Source: Asterias rubens (taxonomy: Eukaryota). From it: 64,000 nt of DNA. The stretch lies in contig NC_047071.1 in the NCBI RefSeq assembly GCF_902459465.1, positions 13,082,001 through 13,146,000 on the forward strand. Reading direction: 5' to 3'. The notes under the pieces are model-generated. The model saw nothing but the letters and a program-made list of their open reading frames with translations. It had not been told where the DNA came from and did not search any database. Positions 61,603 through 64,000 of the stretch are shown here, one piece after another. A program made the position numbers and the translations under genes. The stretch's first letter is position 1; every line of letters starts with the position of its first letter.

Positions 61603-61845
61603 GTAAAATGTACTGGGCACTACAGGTAATTACTCAAAATAAATGTTAGCAAAACTTACTTGGTAACAAGCAATGGCGAGCTGTTGATAGTATAAAACAT
61701 TGTGAGAAACGACTCCCTCTCAAGTAACGTAGTTTTTGAGAAAGAGGTAATTTCTGACTCGATATTTCGCTTGAAGCCTAAGTTGAGCTACACCGAGTGA
61801 AAGTACTTGTCTTTGGCAATTACCAAAGGTGTACAGTGCCCTTAA
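61603..61845 (+). mobile_element. Kolobok-type MITE, subfamily B, internally deleted
   Basis: GGTAATTACTCAAAATAAATGTTAGC...GGTGTACAGTGCCC|TTAA. Confidence 0.8.
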
Positions 61846-62484
61846 TGTGTACGTTTCAAAAAGGTCAAACCCGGGGTGGTTTCAGTTTTTAAATTTAATT
61901 TTGTGATTTCGTCTTCGGAGTTTGAGTAGTTGCACATTTCAAAGATATCATCGGTGCCCGGGCTTCGGACGTGACACCGTTACAAAAAATGTCGGTATTG
62001 TATTACCGAAACAATATACGGATCGATAGCATTTATCCATAAACCGTACACATCGTCGGCCTTTTTTTTTTAAAGATGGCTTGAGCACGTGGGAATTGTT
62101 ATTTCTATAATGTTCCATTGTGGCGTAGAGCGGGGGAAATCGTTTGAGGAGAAAATCACATTAAACATAATTCTTCGCACGCTGAAATTCGATGAACCCT
62201 TTGAGATCTTATGAAACATAACCGTGACCATCAGATAGGTGTATATTTCACCCCCCCCCCCCCCACCACCACCACCCATCCGCAAATAGGGCAATACGCA
62301 ATTTCTACTACAGGCATTTCGCAAGCCATAACACTCCACACAAGAACTTTGAAACAAACACATAAGGGTATCCCCACATGATGTCAACGGAGTTTAGGAG
62401 AAGAGCAATAACTAGACATTCAGGTGTCCGTCTTTTTGACTAATACAGAGCTGTTCCAATTAGGCTGCTTATAGTTCCTCTTTA

Positions 62485-62735
62485 TGATGGTCGAGCGGTT
62501 AAGAGCACCGGATTCAAGCTATTGCGTTTGATCAGCAGAGTGTGGGTTCGAATATCGGTGGTGACACTTGCTACGTAAAATTGGGGAGGTAGTGCTTTCT
62601 GCTCTACCGGCCAGGCTTCGGACTGATGATACCCAGCAAGCCTGCATCGGTATGGACTGTTACCCTGTTTACACCTTGAAGTGGCCTTCAGGCCTTAAGT
62701 GTCTGGCGACTTGCATAAAAGAAGCAAAACAAACA
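62485..62735 (+). mobile_element. tRNA-derived SINE
   Basis: A-box TGGTCGAGCGG (62488-62498), B-box GGTTCGAATAT (62545-62555); head homologous to the 6800-7035 SINE; A-rich tail. Confidence 0.75.
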
Positions 62736-64000
62736 ATAATATTGTTTGATCTCCAATTTCCAACAAACACTATGGTTGACCAACCTCCCAACGTGATGTC
62801 AACGGGGTTTTTGGAGAAAGAAAAAGTAAGAAAAATAACTAGACAATAAGGTTTTTGTCGTTTGGACGAACGCAGAGCTGCTCCAATTAAGCCTCTATTT
62901 CTGATCACGCGTAAGACGAACGAGTTGTTATACCAATAATGTATGTTATTGACAATTAAAAAACAATGACCAGATTTGAAGTGGAAACGGAAAACGTAAC
63001 AGCAACTACTCCAAGATCTGTCTCGATGACCACTCTAGAATCGATCGAGCTTGATTGATAAGCAACGTGTTATGTCATAATAACAATCACCCAGTCGATG
63101 CTTCAAACCTTCGCTTAAAGTGAGATAGGATGAGGTAGGTCGACGCCCAAACCGGCGGTATATAACAGGTGGAAGATTTAATGGAAGAACATTGTGATGC
63201 GTTTCGAGCCAGTTGTTTTTGATGTTGTTTTTATTAAGACGAGACGTTCCTGCCTGCTCGTGCCGAAAATAATTATTTATTAATCGAACTCTCAGATTCA
63301 GTGTTCGACTGAACCAGAAAAATGCCGGTTTCTCAACTATTGCTTTTTTTAAGGATCGCGCTTTAAATTTAGGAGTCAAGATTATTACACTTAGTTGTTA
63401 AATCCACTGGTTTTATATAGAATCTTGAAGGAAGTCATACAAAACTATGGGATTACCATTTTATTTATATGTATTTGCGATATTACTTATTACATTAAAA
63501 GTGTATCCTGTCAAAAACAAGAGTATAGAACGTTAAAACCTGTTGACATGAACTAAAGCTGTTACAAAGTTGTTTTAACCCAAGAATATGTAAAGGTTAT
63601 ATATACTTGAATAACAGTTTAGCTTTAATTATTTATGAATGGTGGTCAGTGTGCAGCTGTGAATGCAGATTATCTCCTTGCTTGAGGAACAGGGACTCTG
63701 TTGCAACATCATTGACCAAACACACCACTCGGGGTGGGGGAGGAGATGCGTACTCCATATGTGAACCTGACGTTCCCAATTATATCCAAAAAATATGCAA
63801 AGTTATTAGTGGTAATTTTTCAACATTCGTCACATTTGATGTGAGTTCAACAATGGATTTGCTCTCACAAAAAATTGCTCACGAAAGTTTTACCTTACAC
63901 CGACGTGTGAAGGCATTGTATATACAGTACTTGTATTGATGCAAACCACGTTTAGTCATATATCTCGGTTTGCCATGTCCATATCAACAACAGCATCTAT

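Larger units (their letters stand above)
56855..64000 (+). other. Intron of the GPCR gene (continues beyond the window)
   Basis: GTGAGT donor at 56855; no downstream exon encoding the rest of TM3 and the DRY motif was found. Confidence 0.7.

Noticed and set aside
1860-61845. Many 60-105-aa ORFs within MITE copies (e.g. 6160, 12807, 22193, 32907, 38925, 39005, 44617, 53253, 59268)
   Set aside because: They are incidental frames of non-coding MITE sequence that open and close differently between copies.
62420-62475. Possible GPCR exon 2 (CAG|GTG TCC GTC = VSV)
   Set aside because: The acceptor is purine-rich, the frame continues FLTNTELFQLGCL-stop with no DRY motif, and it lies in a local repeat.

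Overview
AT-rich eukaryotic (animal) genomic DNA, mostly non-coding. The repeat content and receptor type suggest an echinoderm such as a sea star (inference). The only clearly recognisable gene is the first coding exon of a class A neuropeptide GPCR at 56507-56854 (+), most like kisspeptin receptors (KISS1R/GPR54), ending at a phase-0 GTGAGT donor in TM3; its intron runs off the window. A second probable gene is an intronless 245-aa orphan ORF with Pro/Gln-rich 9-aa repeats at 42790-43527 (-), with a strong Kozak context, an ATG-free leader and four AATAAA signals, inside a small island of promoter-like motifs and short ORFs (about 41.4-44.0 kb). A TATA/CCAAT promoter at about 23.6 kb with a well-formed downstream exon suggests an unannotated minus-strand transcript. 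About 35 TTAA-flanked MITE copies of Kolobok type (roughly 11-12 kb by my rough sum) dominate the rest, along with a decayed THAP-coding Kolobok-like relic, PIF/Harbinger-like MITEs (two nested inside Kolobok MITEs), tRNA-derived SINEs, a LINE 3' end and several mini/microsatellites. There are no rRNA genes, authentic tRNA genes or CRISPR arrays. Most ORFs in the supplied track are repeat-derived or chance.
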